Assembly: GCA_964371745.1 (NCBI GenBank)
Contig: CAYJNS010000001.1
Coordinates: forward strand, 1 to 55,246
Direction: 5' to 3'
DNA from: an uncultured Muribaculaceae bacterium
Lineage (GTDB): Bacteria > Bacillota_I > Bacilli_A > RF39 > UBA660
Length of the DNA stretch: 55,246 nt
Made by a program: the position numbers and the translations under genes
In this document: piece by piece, positions 1 to 10,180 of the stretch
Layout of the letters: each line of letters opens with the position of its first letter
How positions within the stretch are numbered: the first letter of the stretch is position 1
The notes under the pieces: model-generated
What the model saw: the letters and a program-made list of their open reading frames with translations, nothing else
The model's database searches: none
What the model was told of the DNA's origin: nothing

Positions 1-338
1 TTGCTGATTCAATTGCAATGCAAATTGAAAACAGAGCGCATTTTAGATCAGCTCAAAAAAGAGCTATTAGAAACACTATGAAATCTGGCGCAAAAGGAAT
101 TAAAACTTTAGTATCTGGAAGATTAGGTGGCGCTGAAATAGCTAGAGGAGAAGGTTATACTGAAGGTACAGTTCCTCTTCACACAATTAGAGCAGACGTT
201 GATTATGCAACTAGTGAAGCTGATACAACTTATGGAAAAATTGGTGTTAAAGTTTGGATCTACAAAGATGAAATACTTCCTGCAAAGAAAAAAAGCGTAA
301 AGGAGGAAAAAACTCATGTTGATGCCAAAAAGAACTAA
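1..338 (+). CDS. rpsC: 30S ribosomal protein S3, C-terminal part (5' end outside window)
   Basis: Frame is open from the window edge. [31 protein letters not shown] matches the conserved S3 C-domain, and the gene lies directly upstream of rplP. Confidence 0.9.
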   Translation, partial: ADSIAMQIENRAHFRSAQKRAIRNTMKSGAKGIKTLVSGRLGGAEIARGEGYTEGTVPLHTIRADVDYATSEADTTYGKIGVKVWIYKDEILPAKKKSVKEEKTHVDAKKN

Positions 339-747
339 ATATCGTAAAAGTCATAGAGTTAGTTATGATGGTAAGGCTAAAGGTAATTTAGAACTTCATT
401 TAGGTGATTATGGGCTTAAAGCTATGAATGGTGGATGGATTTCTGCTAGACAAATAGAAGCTGCTCGTATCGCTATGACAAGATATATGAAACGTGGTGG
501 AAAAGTTTATATTAATATTTTCCCACATTTACCACTAACAAAAAAACCTCTTGAAACACGTCAAGGTAAAGGTAAAGGTGGAATTGACAGATATGTAGCA
601 GTTGTTAAAACTGGTAAAATTATGTTTGAAGTTAAAGGTGTATCTGAGGAAATTGCTCGTGAAGCACTTAGACTTGCAGCTCATAAGTTATCTGTTAAAA
701 CAAAAATAGTAGTAAGAGAAAAGGATGGTGATTCACTTGAAAATTAA
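316..747 (+). CDS. rplP: 50S ribosomal protein L16
   Basis: [11 protein letters not shown]...[18 protein letters not shown] is near-identical in pattern to Bacillus L16; operon order fits. Confidence 0.95.
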   Translation: MLMPKRTKYRKSHRVSYDGKAKGNLELHLGDYGLKAMNGGWISARQIEAARIAMTRYMKRGGKVYINIFPHLPLTKKPLETRQGKGKGGIDRYVAVVKTGKIMFEVKGVSEEIAREALRLAAHKLSVKTKIVVREKDGDSLEN

Positions 748-949
748 TGATATAAGAAAATTATCAAGCGAAGAGCTAGAAAAGAAAATTAAAGAAACAA
801 AAGGTAATTTATTTACTAAAAGAATGCAACAAGCAAATGGTACTTTAGAAAAACCATTCGAACTTAATGTTTTAAGAAAAGATGTTGCAAAAATGAAAAC
901 TGTACTTAAAGAAAGACAGTTAGAAGAATTAGCTGGAGGTGTTAAATAA
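737..949 (+). CDS. rpmC: 50S ribosomal protein L29
   Basis: [25 protein letters not shown]...[13 protein letters not shown] matches L29. The track ORF starts at 725, but TTG 737 with AAGGATGGTG about 7 nt upstream gives the canonical N-terminus. Confidence 0.85.
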   Translation: MKINDIRKLSSEELEKKIKETKGNLFTKRMQQANGTLEKPFELNVLRKDVAKMKTVLKERQLEELAGGVK

Positions 950-1206
950 TGGAAGCACGTAAACAAGAATTTGTTGGTACTGTAGTAAGCGCTAAGAATG
1001 ATAAAACTATCACAGTATTAGTTGAAACTCATAAAAAACATAAATTATATGGAAAAAGATATACTGCATCAAAAAAATATGCTGCTCATGATGAAAAAAA
1101 CACTGCTGGTGTAGGAGACACAGTTAAAATTAGAATGACTAGACCTATTTCTAAAACTAAGAAATATGAATTAGTTGAAGTTCTAAATAAAGCTGTTGTT
1201 CTTTAG
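949..1206 (+). CDS. rpsQ: 30S ribosomal protein S17
   Basis: [20 protein letters not shown]...[22 protein letters not shown] matches S17. Confidence 0.95.
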   Translation: MEARKQEFVGTVVSAKNDKTITVLVETHKKHKLYGKRYTASKKYAAHDEKNTAGVGDTVKIRMTRPISKTKKYELVEVLNKAVVL

Positions 1207-1217
1207 GAGGCGATATT

Positions 1218-1586
1218 ATGGTAATGCAAGAATCAAGATTAAAAGTTGCAGATAATAGTGGAGCTAGAGAACTTTTAGTAATAAGAGTTGAAGGCGGATC
1301 TAAAGTTAAAACTGGTAATATCGGTGATGTTGTAGTAGGAACTGTTAAAAAATCACTACCAAATGGTAATATTAAAAAAGGTAAAGTTGTTAGAGCTGTT
1401 ATAGTTAGAACTGTTCATGGTATTAAAAGACCAGATGGATCTAATATTAAATTTTCTGATAATGCATGTGTTTTAATTAAAGATGATAAATCACCACTTG
1501 GTACTCGTGTATTTGGTCCTGTTGCAAGAGAGTTAAGAGAAAAAGAATATAATAAAATCGTTTCTTTAGCTCCAGAGGTTTTATAG
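1218..1586 (+). CDS. rplN: 50S ribosomal protein L14
   Basis: [22 protein letters not shown] is the L14 signature; GGAGG RBS upstream. Confidence 0.95.
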   Translation: MVMQESRLKVADNSGARELLVIRVEGGSKVKTGNIGDVVVGTVKKSLPNGNIKKGKVVRAVIVRTVHGIKRPDGSNIKFSDNACVLIKDDKSPLGTRVFGPVARELREKEYNKIVSLAPEVL

Positions 1587-1594
1587 GAGGATAT

Positions 1595-1900
1595 ATGAAA
1601 GTAAGAGTAGGAGATAATGTTTTAGTACTTGCTGGAAAAGACAAAGGTAAAGAAGGTAAAGTAGTTAAAACTTTAAAACAAATCGATAAAGTTGTTGTTG
1701 AAGGTGTAAATGTTGTTAAAAAACATTCTAAGCCAACAAACAATAATGATAAAGGTGGTATTTTTTCAATAGAAATGCCAATTCATGTATCTAATGTAAA
1801 AGTTGTTAAAGAAACAAAAAAAGAAATTAAAAAGGATACAAAAAAAGAAGTAAAAGAAGTTAAAGCGACAGCTAAAACTACTAAGAAAGAGAGTAAATAA
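1595..1900 (+). CDS. rplX: 50S ribosomal protein L24 (Lys-rich C-terminal tail)
   Basis: [22 protein letters not shown]...[13 protein letters not shown] is the KOW core of L24. The C-terminus is a KE-rich low-complexity tail. Confidence 0.9.
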   Translation: MKVRVGDNVLVLAGKDKGKEGKVVKTLKQIDKVVVEGVNVVKKHSKPTNNNDKGGIFSIEMPIHVSNVKVVKETKKEIKKDTKKEVKEVKATAKTTKKESK

Positions 1901-1902
1901 TT

Positions 1903-2442
1903 ATGAGTAATTTTAAAAAGTTATATACTGAAGAAATAGTACCTGCTTTACAAAAAGAATTTAATTATTCATCAATTATGGCAGTGCCAAAACTTGAAAA
2001 AATAGTAGTTAATATGGGTGTTGGTGAAGCTTCTAAAGATGAAAAATTTATTACTGCAGCAGTTGCTGATTTAGCAATTATTACTGGTCAAAAACCTGTA
2101 ATTACAAAAGCAAAAAAATCAATTGCTGGATTTAAACTTCGTGAAGGACAAAGTGTTGGTGCTAAAGTTACACTTCGTGGAGAAAATATGTATGATTTTT
2201 TAGAAAAATTAATCAGAGTTTCACTTCCGCGTGTTAGAGACTTCAGAGGAGTTTCTGCAACAGCATTTGATGGAAGAGGTAACTATACTTTAGGTATTAA
2301 AGAACAATTAATTTTTCCGGAAATTGATTATGATAACGTTGTTAAAGTAAGAGGTATGGATATCATTATCGTAACAACTGCAAAAACAAACGAAGAGGCA
2401 AAAAGTTTATTAAAAAACTTCGGGATGCCTTTTAAGAAGTAA
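1903..2442 (+). CDS. rplE: 50S ribosomal protein L5
   Basis: NMGVGEA...[23 protein letters not shown]...RDFRG matches L5. Confidence 0.95.
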   Translation: MSNFKKLYTEEIVPALQKEFNYSSIMAVPKLEKIVVNMGVGEASKDEKFITAAVADLAIITGQKPVITKAKKSIAGFKLREGQSVGAKVTLRGENMYDFLEKLIRVSLPRVRDFRGVSATAFDGRGNYTLGIKEQLIFPEIDYDNVVKVRGMDIIIVTTAKTNEEAKSLLKNFGMPFKK

Positions 2443-2451
2443 GGAGGATCT

Positions 2452-2637
2452 ATGGCAAAAACTAGTTTAAAAGTTAAAAATAAAAGAAAACCTAAATTTA
2501 GTACGAGGGGCTATACACGTTGTGAAAGATGTGGTAGACCACATTCAGTACTTAAAAAATATGGTATTTGTCGTATTTGCTTTAGAGAATTAGCAAATCA
2601 AGGTCAAATTCCTGGTGTTAAAAAATCAAGTTGGTAA
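2452..2637 (+). CDS. rpsN: 30S ribosomal protein S14, type Z (zinc-binding, 61 aa)
   Basis: 61 aa with [23 protein letters not shown] (CxxC...CxxC). Confidence 0.95.
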   Translation: MAKTSLKVKNKRKPKFSTRGYTRCERCGRPHSVLKKYGICRICFRELANQGQIPGVKKSSW

Positions 2638-2653
2638 GAAGGAGGAAAAATAG

Positions 2654-3052
2654 ATGTTTGTACAAGATAAAATAGCAGATATGCTTACAAGAATCAGAAA
2701 TGCTAATCAAATGAAGTATAAAACAGTTGATGTTATTGGAACTAAAATGACTTTAGCTATCGCTGAAATACTGAAAAAAGAAGGTTACATTGCTGAATAC
2801 GTAAATGAAAAAAATATAACTGGCGATAAACTTACTCTAACACTTAAATATGGTGAGAAAAAAGAAAGAGTTATTGTTGGTCTTAAAAGAATTAGTAAAT
2901 CTGGATTAAGAGTTTATGCTAAATCAACTGAAATTCCTCGTGTTCTTAACGGACTTGGAATTGCAATTATCTCAACTTCTGCTGGTCTAATGACTGATAA
3001 AGAAGCTAGAGAAAAAGGGTTAGGAGGCGAAGTACTTGCCTATATTTGGTAA
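2654..3052 (+). CDS. rpsH: 30S ribosomal protein S8
   Basis: [11 protein letters not shown]...[33 protein letters not shown] matches S8. Confidence 0.95.
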   Translation: MFVQDKIADMLTRIRNANQMKYKTVDVIGTKMTLAIAEILKKEGYIAEYVNEKNITGDKLTLTLKYGEKKERVIVGLKRISKSGLRVYAKSTEIPRVLNGLGIAIISTSAGLMTDKEAREKGLGGEVLAYIW

Positions 3053-3062
3053 GTAAAGTATT

Positions 3063-3599
3063 ATGAGTAGAATCGGAGAAAGAAGATTAACCCTTCCTGC
3101 TGGTGTTACAGTTACTTGTGAAAACAATGTAGCAACTGTAAAAGGACCTAAAGGAGAATTAAAACTTGACTATAATCCACTTGTTGAGATAGTAGTTGAA
3201 GAAAGTGTTGTATTAACTAAAAAAGTTAAAGACACAAAACTTGCAAATGTTATGCAAGGAACAACTAATTCACATATTAGTAACATGATAAAAGGAGTTA
3301 GTGAAGGATATGAAAAAGGTGTTGAAGCAGTTGGTGTTGGATATAAATTTAATGTTCAAGGAACTAAAATTACTGTTTCAGCTGGTTATTCACATCCAGT
3401 AATTAAAGATATACCTGCTGGTTTAACTGTAGAACAAGTAAGTAATACAGAAATAACTATTAAAGGTATTGATAAACAAAAAGTAACTGAATTTGCGGCA
3501 ATTATACGTAAGATAAGAAAACCAGAACCATATAAAGGTAAAGGTATACGTTATAAAGGTGAAATAATCCGTCGTAAAGAAGGTAAGAAAGCTGCATAA
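3063..3599 (+). CDS. rplF: 50S ribosomal protein L6
   Basis: MSRIGERRLTLPAGVTV...PEPYKGKGIRYKGE matches L6. Confidence 0.95.
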   Translation: MSRIGERRLTLPAGVTVTCENNVATVKGPKGELKLDYNPLVEIVVEESVVLTKKVKDTKLANVMQGTTNSHISNMIKGVSEGYEKGVEAVGVGYKFNVQGTKITVSAGYSHPVIKDIPAGLTVEQVSNTEITIKGIDKQKVTEFAAIIRKIRKPEPYKGKGIRYKGEIIRRKEGKKAA

Positions 3600-3613
3600 G
3601 GAGGTAAAAAGTT

Positions 3614-3964
3614 ATGATAAAAAAAGAAGCAAATAATGTTGGACGTGTAAGACGTCATAAAAGAATTCGTAAAACTTTAAGTGGTACAACTGAAGTTCCA
3701 AGACTTGCTGTATTTAAATCAAATAGTGCTATATATGCGCAAGTTATTAATGATCAAACTGGAACTACCTTAGCGGCTTCATCAAGTTTAGAATTAAAAC
3801 TTGGAAGTAATGTTGAGGCTGCAAGTGCAGTTGGTAAAAGTATTGCTGAAAAATGTAAAAAATTAAAAATTAGTAAAGTAGTATTTGACCGTGGAGGCTT
3901 TGCATACCATGGAAGAGTTTCTGCTTTAGCTGATGCAGCTAGAGCTGCAGGACTAGAGTTTTAG
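3614..3964 (+). CDS. rplR: 50S ribosomal protein L18
   Basis: [10 protein letters not shown]...[15 protein letters not shown]...[27 protein letters not shown] matches L18. Confidence 0.95.
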   Translation: MIKKEANNVGRVRRHKRIRKTLSGTTEVPRLAVFKSNSAIYAQVINDQTGTTLAASSSLELKLGSNVEAASAVGKSIAEKCKKLKISKVVFDRGGFAYHGRVSALADAARAAGLEF

Positions 3965-3973
3965 GAGGCAAGT

Positions 3974-4498
3974 ATGGATAACAAGAATTTTAAAAATAAC
4001 AGAAGAAATAATGAGCCAAAGAAAAAACTATTAGAAGATAAAGTTATTTCTATTGGAAGAGTTACTAAAGTTAATAAAGGTGGACGTCGTTTTAGATTTT
4101 CAGCTACTGTTGCTGTAGGTAACCGTAAAGGACTTATTGGAATCGGTACTGGAAAAGCAAATGAAGTAGCTGAGTCTATTGCAAAAGCTATCCAAGCCGC
4201 TAATAAGAATGTTGTTAAAATAGCTTTAATCGATAATAGAACTGTACCACATGAAGCTACTGGTAAAACAGGTAGAGCACAGGTTCTAATCAAACCTGCT
4301 AAAGTAGGTCGTGGAATAGTTGCTGGTGGAGCTGCTCGTGCAGTTTTAGAACTAGCAGGTGTTAAAGATATAATGGCTAAATCACTTGGTGCTAATACAA
4401 AAATCAATGTAGCTAAAGCAACAATGAATGCGTTAATCGCGCAAAGAACTCCAGAACACGTTGCTGCTCTTCGTGGTAAGAAAGTTGAGGAGTTATAA
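3974..4498 (+). CDS. rpsE: 30S ribosomal protein S5
   Basis: [42 protein letters not shown] matches S5. Confidence 0.95.
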   Translation: MDNKNFKNNRRNNEPKKKLLEDKVISIGRVTKVNKGGRRFRFSATVAVGNRKGLIGIGTGKANEVAESIAKAIQAANKNVVKIALIDNRTVPHEATGKTGRAQVLIKPAKVGRGIVAGGAARAVLELAGVKDIMAKSLGANTKINVAKATMNALIAQRTPEHVAALRGKKVEEL

Positions 4499-4499
4499 T

Positions 4500-4943
4500 A
4501 TGAAATTAGAAAATTTACCTAAAAGTAAAGAATATAAAGAAATCAAAAGAGTTGGTCGTGGACCTGGTTCAGGTATGGGTAAAACTTCAACTCGTGGAGA
4601 AAAAGGACAAAAAGCAAGAAGTGGTTCATCAATTAAACCATGGTTTGCTGGAGGACAAACTCCACTTTATAAAAGATTACCTAAAAGAGGATTTAGTAAC
4701 AAATTATTTGAAACTAAATATGCTTGTATTAATCTAAGTGATTTAAATAAATTCTTTAATGATGGAGATGTAGTAACTCCAGAAGTACTTAAAGAAAGAG
4801 GTATAATTAAAAAGGAACTAAGTGGTATTAAGATTTTAGGAAATGGGGAACTTGAAAAGAAATTAACTATTAAAGCTAATAGATTCTCAAGCTCAGCTAT
4901 TACTAAAATAGAGAGTGCTGGCGGAAAAACTGAGGTGATCTAA
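4500..4943 (+). CDS. rplO: 50S ribosomal protein L15
   Basis: [37 protein letters not shown] matches L15. ATG 4500 follows GAGGAG; the track start at 4461 lies inside rpsE and was rejected. Confidence 0.9.
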   Translation: MKLENLPKSKEYKEIKRVGRGPGSGMGKTSTRGEKGQKARSGSSIKPWFAGGQTPLYKRLPKRGFSNKLFETKYACINLSDLNKFFNDGDVVTPEVLKERGIIKKELSGIKILGNGELEKKLTIKANRFSSSAITKIESAGGKTEVI

Positions 4944-4944
4944 A

Positions 4945-6213
4945 ATGTTTAAAACCTTTTCCGGACTTTTTAGTAAATCTGGTAAAGATTTGCGGAAGAG
5001 ATTATACATTACATTTCTATTCTTAGGAATCTTTTGTTTAGGTACTCAAATAACAGTTCCATTTATTGAAGGAGTTGAAATTGGTTCCCTTGGTGTTCTT
5101 GAAATATTCAACTTAATGAGTGGTGGAGGTTTATCGCAATTTTCAATATTTGCGCTAGGTGTTTCACCATACATTACTGCATCAATTATAATGCAAATAC
5201 TTCAAATGGATATCATACCTTATTTTAAAGAACTTAAAGAACAAGGTTATGTAGGAAAACAAAAAATTAATAGAATAACAAGATATCTAGGAATAGGTCT
5301 TGCATTTATTCAAGCTTATATGTTTTCAATTTACTTTTTAGAAGGAACTACTTCATTAACAATGCTTAGCGTAGTTATAGTAATGACTGCAGGTACAGCT
5401 TTTTGTTTATGGATGGGTGATCAAATCACTAAAAAAGGAATTGGAAATGGACAATCTATGTTAATTATGGCTGGTATTATTCAAAGTATGCCAACTATAT
5501 TTACTGGAGCATATGACTCATTTATTACAAATAGTACAAGCTCAGAATGGATTGGTATAGCGCTATTCTTAGCATTTATATTAAGTTATGTTTTAATTAT
5601 TGTAGGAATTATCTGGATGCAACTAGCTGAAAGAAAAATACCAATACAACAAGCAAACAGAACTGCAAGTGCTATGAATTCAAAACAAAACTTTTTGCCA
5701 ATTAAAATTAATTCGGCAGGGGTTATACCAGTAATTTTTGCATCAATAATAACTACTATACCAGCAACAATTGTTGCCTTTACAGGTAATGAGGCTGCAA
5801 TAGATTTTGTTGATAAATATATATCTTATACTTCTTGGAGTGGATTTGCAATATATATTATATTCATATTCTTATTTGCATATGTTTATACATTTATGGC
5901 AATGAACCCAGAAAATATGAGTAAAAATTTAAATAAAAATGGTGGTTATATTCCAGGGGTTAGGCCTGGAGTTGATACAACTAATTACATATCAAAGGTA
6001 TTATCAAGACTTACATTTGTAGGAAGTTTATTTTTAGTAATTCTTGCTGCACTTCCTTTACTAATATCTGCTGTAACAGATCTTCCTGATAGTGTTACAT
6101 TAGGTGGTACAGGAATCTTAATCGTAGTAGGTGTTGCTATTGAAACTTACAAACAAATTGAAAGTGGAGTAGTATCAAGAAGCTATGCTTCAAAAAGGAA
6201 AAAATTAAAATGA
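4945..6213 (+). CDS. secY: Preprotein translocase subunit SecY
   Basis: 422 aa, about 10 TM segments. SGGGLSQFSIFALGVSPYITASIIMQIL and GGYIPGVRPG are SecY motifs; position after rplO fits. Confidence 0.95.
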   Translation: MFKTFSGLFSKSGKDLRKRLYITFLFLGIFCLGTQITVPFIEGVEIGSLGVLEIFNLMSGGGLSQFSIFALGVSPYITASIIMQILQMDIIPYFKELKEQGYVGKQKINRITRYLGIGLAFIQAYMFSIYFLEGTTSLTMLSVVIVMTAGTAFCLWMGDQITKKGIGNGQSMLIMAGIIQSMPTIFTGAYDSFITNSTSSEWIGIALFLAFILSYVLIIVGIIWMQLAERKIPIQQANRTASAMNSKQNFLPIKINSAGVIPVIFASIITTIPATIVAFTGNEAAIDFVDKYISYTSWSGFAIYIIFIFLFAYVYTFMAMNPENMSKNLNKNGGYIPGVRPGVDTTNYISKVLSRLTFVGSLFLVILAALPLLISAVTDLPDSVTLGGTGILIVVGVAIETYKQIESGVVSRSYASKRKKLK

Positions 6214-6851
6214 AAAATATAATATTTATTGCTCCCCCTTCATCAGGGAAAGGGACTCAAAGTGAGCTATTAAAAGATAAGTATGGTTATGAGCATATTT
6301 CAACTGGAGATATTCTAAGAAGTGAAGCTAGTAAAAATACTAAAGAGGCAAATGAATTAAAAGAAATTTTAAAATCGGGTCATCTTGTGAGTGATGAATT
6401 AATTATAGAAATTTTAAATAAAAAAATATTAAGTTTAATGGAAAAACCATTTATTTTAGATGGTTTTCCAAGAACACTTAATCAAGCAGAAGAACTTAAT
6501 AAAATATTTAATAATATTAACATGGATAATTACATTGTAATTCATCTAGAGTTAGACAAAAATTTAGCTATGCAAAGAGCATTAGGAAGATTAGTTTGCT
6601 CATGTGGTAAATCATATAATATATATGATGAAAAGTTAAAACCGAAAAATCAAAATAAATGTGATTCTTGTGGAAAGACACTTTTAAAAAGATCTGATGA
6701 TACAGAAGAACATTTTTTAGATAGATTTGAATCTTACTTAAAAGAAACAAAACCGGTTCTTGACTTTTATGAAAGTATGAGCAAAGTAAAACACGTTGAT
6801 GCATCTATTAACAAAGAAGTAACCTATAAACAAATTGAGGAAAATATTTAA
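6210..6851 (+). CDS. adk: Adenylate kinase (zinc-lid type)
   Basis: P-loop SSGKGTQ, STGDILR, LDGFPRT, and lid CSCG...CDSCG. ATGA overlap with secY. Confidence 0.9.
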   Translation: MKNIIFIAPPSSGKGTQSELLKDKYGYEHISTGDILRSEASKNTKEANELKEILKSGHLVSDELIIEILNKKILSLMEKPFILDGFPRTLNQAEELNKIFNNINMDNYIVIHLELDKNLAMQRALGRLVCSCGKSYNIYDEKLKPKNQNKCDSCGKTLLKRSDDTEEHFLDRFESYLKETKPVLDFYESMSKVKHVDASINKEVTYKQIEENI

Positions 6852-7591
6852 TGATTGTTAAAAATAATAAACAGCTTGAATGCTTAAAAGAAGCAGGAAA
6901 AATTAACTACTTAACACATAAACATTTAGAAAAACATATAAAAGTTGGAGTAACTACATCATTTTTAAACGAAATAGCAAATGAATTTATAAAAATGCAT
7001 AACGCTTCTCCTTCATTTTTAAACTATAATGGTTTTCCAGCAAGTATATGTTGTTCGCTAAATGATGAAGTAGTTCATGGTATTCCATCTAATAAGAAGT
7101 TAAAAGATGGTGATATTATTTCAATTGATATAGGAGTGTGCTATAAAGGATATCATTCTGATAGTGCAAATACTTATATCGTAGGTAGTGCAAGTAAAGA
7201 AATAAGCGATTTAGTTGAAAATACTAAAAAGAGTTTATATCTTGGGCTTGATAAAATAAAAGATGGAGTAAAAGTTAGTGAAATTGGAAAAGCAATTGAA
7301 GGATTTGCTCATAAAAATAATTTGAGTATTATTAGAGAACTTGTTGGCCATGGTGTTGGCACTAAAGTTCATGAGTATCCAGATGTCCCTAATTACTATA
7401 CAGATTCTAAAGTAACGCTCGTTACTGGTATGGTAATTGCTGTTGAACCAATGTTAAATTTAGGTAAAAGAGATATTTATTTAGATGATGATGATTGGAC
7501 AATTAAAACTAAAGATAAAAAACCATCAGCTCATTTTGAACATACAGTTATGGTAACAAAAGACGGATGCGTTATATTGACGGGAGAGTGA
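6851..7591 (+). CDS. map: Methionine aminopeptidase type I
   Basis: [43 protein letters not shown] and AHFEHTV are metal-ligand motifs. Confidence 0.9.
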   Translation: MIVKNNKQLECLKEAGKINYLTHKHLEKHIKVGVTTSFLNEIANEFIKMHNASPSFLNYNGFPASICCSLNDEVVHGIPSNKKLKDGDIISIDIGVCYKGYHSDSANTYIVGSASKEISDLVENTKKSLYLGLDKIKDGVKVSEIGKAIEGFAHKNNLSIIRELVGHGVGTKVHEYPDVPNYYTDSKVTLVTGMVIAVEPMLNLGKRDIYLDDDDWTIKTKDKKPSAHFEHTVMVTKDGCVILTGE

Positions 7592-7869
7592 AGAAAATAG
7601 CAAAACGTAATTACAAAAAGGATTTTGTAAAAAGAGAAGAAAAAAAAGATACTACTAGTAGTGATAAAATTGAAGTAGAAGGCAAAGTTGTGGAAGTAAC
7701 AAAAGGAATGCAATATATTGTAGAACTTCCAAATAAACACAAAGTAACAGCCCACATTTCTGGTAAAATGCGTTTAAATAATATACGTATTTTACCAGGC
7801 GATACAGTTACGCTTGAACTAACGCCCTACGACTTAACATGTGGGCGAATAACATGGAATAAAAGATAA
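7567..7869 (+). CDS. infA: Translation initiation factor IF-1 with basic N-terminal extension (start uncertain)
   Basis: [10 protein letters not shown]...[34 protein letters not shown] is the IF-1 S1-fold. The only in-frame starts upstream of the core are ATG 7567 and GTG 7588, which would add about 21-28 residues. Confidence 0.85.
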   Translation: MRYIDGRVKKIAKRNYKKDFVKREEKKDTTSSDKIEVEGKVVEVTKGMQYIVELPNKHKVTAHISGKMRLNNIRILPGDTVTLELTPYDLTCGRITWNKR

Positions 7870-7881
7870 TGGAGGTAAGTT

Positions 7882-7995
7882 ATGAAAGTTAGACCATCAG
7901 TTAAAAAAATTTGTAAAAAATGTAAAATTATAAGAAGAAAAGGTAGAGTTATGGTTATTTGTAATAACCCTAAACACAAACAAAGACAAGGATAG
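7882..7995 (+). CDS. rpmJ: 50S ribosomal protein L36 (37 aa, below ORF-track cutoff)
   Basis: Read by hand: [42 protein letters not shown] lies 6 nt upstream; the gene sits between infA and rpsM. Confidence 0.95.
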   Translation: MKVRPSVKKICKKCKIIRRKGRVMVICNNPKHKQRQG

Positions 7996-8005
7996 GTGTT
8001 AAAAA

Positions 8006-8380
8006 ATGGCAAGAATAAAGAATATTGAATTACCAAAAAATAAACATGTAGTTATTGGTTTAACAGAAATACATGGAATTGGTAGAAGTTTAGCTAAAAC
8101 TATTTGTAATGGTGCAAAGGTAGATGAAACTAAAAAAGTTAAAGATTTAACAGATGCTGATGTTACTGCTTTAAGAGCGGAAATTGATAAGTGTACTGTT
8201 GAAGGTGACTTAAGACGTGATGTACAATTAAGTATCAAAAACAAAATGGAAATTAACAGCTATGAAGGAACTAGACATAAAAAAGGTTTACCTGTAAGAG
8301 GACAAAGAACTAGTAGAAATGCTAAGACTCGTAAAGGTAGAGGAAAAACAGTTGCTAATAAAAAGAAAGCTGGAAAGTAG
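8006..8380 (+). CDS. rpsM: 30S ribosomal protein S13
   Basis: MARIKNIELPKNKHVVIGLTEIHGIG matches S13. Confidence 0.95.
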   Translation: MARIKNIELPKNKHVVIGLTEIHGIGRSLAKTICNGAKVDETKKVKDLTDADVTALRAEIDKCTVEGDLRRDVQLSIKNKMEINSYEGTRHKKGLPVRGQRTSRNAKTRKGRGKTVANKKKAGK

Positions 8381-8390
8381 GTAGATAAGT

Positions 8391-8774
8391 ATGGCATATA
8401 ATAATAGAAAAAAGAAAGTTAAAAAGAACGTACCTGAAGGTGCTGCTCATATCCATTCAACTTATAATAATACAATCGTTACTATCACAGATAAAGATGG
8501 ACACGCAATAGCTTGGTCATCAGCTGGAAGATTAGGTTATAAAGGAAGTAAAAAGAAAACTCCTTTTGCTGCAGGATTATCTGCTGAAGCTGCTGGTAAA
8601 GCTGCTATGGAACATGGACTTAAAAAAGTTGATGTTTACGTAAGAGGTTTAGGACCAGGTAGAGAAAATGCAATTAGATCTCTTCAAGCTGCAGGACTAG
8701 AAATTTTATCTATAGTAGATGAAACACCAGTTCCACATAATGGATGTAGACCACCAAAAAGACCAAGAAAATAA
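8391..8774 (+). CDS. rpsK: 30S ribosomal protein S11
   Basis: [42 protein letters not shown] matches S11. Confidence 0.95.
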   Translation: MAYNNRKKKVKKNVPEGAAHIHSTYNNTIVTITDKDGHAIAWSSAGRLGYKGSKKKTPFAAGLSAEAAGKAAMEHGLKKVDVYVRGLGPGRENAIRSLQAAGLEILSIVDETPVPHNGCRPPKRPRK

Positions 8775-8793
8775 TTAAGAGGGAGATGAACAT

Positions 8794-9738
8794 ATGATTA
8801 AATTTGAAAAACCAGATTATAAAATCGTTGAAGCTGTTGAATCAAACTGTTTCGCAAAATTTGAACTTGATCCTTTAGAAAGAGGATTTGGAACAACTAT
8901 TGGTAATGCACTTAGACGTGTAATGCTTTCTAGTTTACCTGGTAGTGCAATTACTAGTGTTAAAATAGATGGAGTTATGCATGAATTCCAAAAGATTGAT
9001 GGAATTGTTGAAGATGTAACTTCAATTATCTTACAATTAAAAAAAGTTGTTCTAAAAAACTTTACTAAAGAAAAAAAATTACTTAGAATATCTGCTTCAA
9101 AAGAAGGTGCAGTTACTGCAGCTGATATTGAAAAAGATGCTGATATTGAAATATGTAATCCTGACTTAGTTATTTGTAACTTAGTTAAAGGTGGTAAAAT
9201 AGACATGGAACTTACTGTTGAAAATGGTAATGGATATGTTGATGCTGCTACTAATAAATTACTTTTAGCAGATGCTAAAATTGGTGTTATTGCAATTGAT
9301 TCAAATTATTCACCAATAGAACTTGTAAAATATGAAGTAGTTGATACTCGTGTTGGACAAAATGAAAATTATGATAAATTAATTATGGAAATAACTACTA
9401 AAGGTAGTATGTCTCCAGAAGAAGCAATGGCTTTAGCTGCTAAAATTTTAATTGAACATTTTCAAATAGTTGCTGATTTAAATGAAATTAGTAATGTAAG
9501 TGAACTTATGCAAGAGAAAAAAGTAGATACAATGGCTAAAAAGTTAGAAACACCAATTGAAGAAGTAGAATTTTCAGTTCGTGCTTATAACTGTTTAAAA
9601 AGAGCTGGAGTACACACAGTACAAGATTTAGTAGATAAAACAGAAATAGAAGTTACTAAAATTAGAAACTTAGGTAAAAAATCTTTAAAAGAAGTTATCG
9701 ACAAAGTTTTTGAATTAGGACTTAAGTTTAAGGAGTAA
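8794..9738 (+). CDS. rpoA: DNA-directed RNA polymerase alpha subunit
   Basis: GFGTTIGNALRRVMLSSLPG in the NTD and SVRAYNCLKRAGVHTVQDL in the CTD. Confidence 0.95.
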   Translation: MIKFEKPDYKIVEAVESNCFAKFELDPLERGFGTTIGNALRRVMLSSLPGSAITSVKIDGVMHEFQKIDGIVEDVTSIILQLKKVVLKNFTKEKKLLRISASKEGAVTAADIEKDADIEICNPDLVICNLVKGGKIDMELTVENGNGYVDAATNKLLLADAKIGVIAIDSNYSPIELVKYEVVDTRVGQNENYDKLIMEITTKGSMSPEEAMALAAKILIEHFQIVADLNEISNVSELMQEKKVDTMAKKLETPIEEVEFSVRAYNCLKRAGVHTVQDLVDKTEIEVTKIRNLGKKSLKEVIDKVFELGLKFKE

Positions 9739-9741
9739 AAA

Positions 9742-10080
9742 ATGTATAGAAAATTAAATAGAGAAGTAAGAATTAGAAGAAGTATTTTAGCAGGGTTAAC
9801 TAAAACTGTTATTACTAACGGGTTTGTAGTAACAACTGATGCTAGAGCTAAAGAAGTTAGAAAATTTGTTGAAAAGATGATTACTCTTGGTAAAAGAGGA
9901 ACATTAGTATCTCGTAGAAATGCTCTTGCATTTTTACATAATGACAAAGATGTAGTTAAGAAAATTTTTGATGAATTAGCTCCTAAATATGCTGAAAGAA
10001 ATGGTGGATACACTAGAATTATTAAACTTAAAGAACGTCGTGGAGATGACGCTTTAGAAGTTAGATTAGAATTAGTATAA
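9742..10080 (+). CDS. rplQ: 50S ribosomal protein L17
   Basis: MYRKLNRE...TTDARAKEVRKFVEKMITLGK...GGYTRIIKL matches L17. Confidence 0.95.
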   Translation: MYRKLNREVRIRRSILAGLTKTVITNGFVVTTDARAKEVRKFVEKMITLGKRGTLVSRRNALAFLHNDKDVVKKIFDELAPKYAERNGGYTRIIKLKERRGDDALEVRLELV

Positions 10081-10101
10081 CGTAATGTTATACTTTTTTT
10101 T
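10075..10101 (+). terminator. Intrinsic terminator of the alpha operon
   Basis: gtataac-gtaat-gttatac hairpin overlapping the rplQ stop, followed by T8. Confidence 0.6.
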
Positions 10102-10180
10102 AAAATGAAAGAAAAAACTTTTAATAACTTATGAATTATGGTAAAATAGTTATACGTGTTAAATATTAAGGAGTGTTAAG

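Noticed and set aside
3961-4407. 148-aa minus-strand ORF antisense to rpsE. Similar cases: 123-317, 733-966, 1477-1743, 8817-9206, 9585-10013, 12896-13234, 13986-14243, 26273-26503, 46427-46759 and 52427-52690.
   Set aside because: Each lies entirely inside a strongly supported gene on the other strand, has no RBS, and has a low-complexity, Leu/Ser/Phe-rich composition typical of shadow ORFs in AT-rich DNA.
4461-4499. N-terminal extensions suggested by the ORF track for rplO (4461), the ATP-grasp gene (23715), A3 (36531), the flippase (32669), the membrane-HTH gene (44622), parB (10947) and rpmC (725).
   Set aside because: The track extends each ORF to the first possible start, including TTG/GTG. 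Internal starts with proper RBS spacing give canonical N-termini. In two cases the extension would contain the gene's own promoter.
6210-6213. Possible Mollicutes-type code (TGA = Trp), given the very low GC content.
   Set aside because: TGA terminates secY at the expected C-terminus (ATGA overlap with adk) and also terminates map. Trp is encoded by TGG throughout, and all housekeeping ORFs are full length under code 11.
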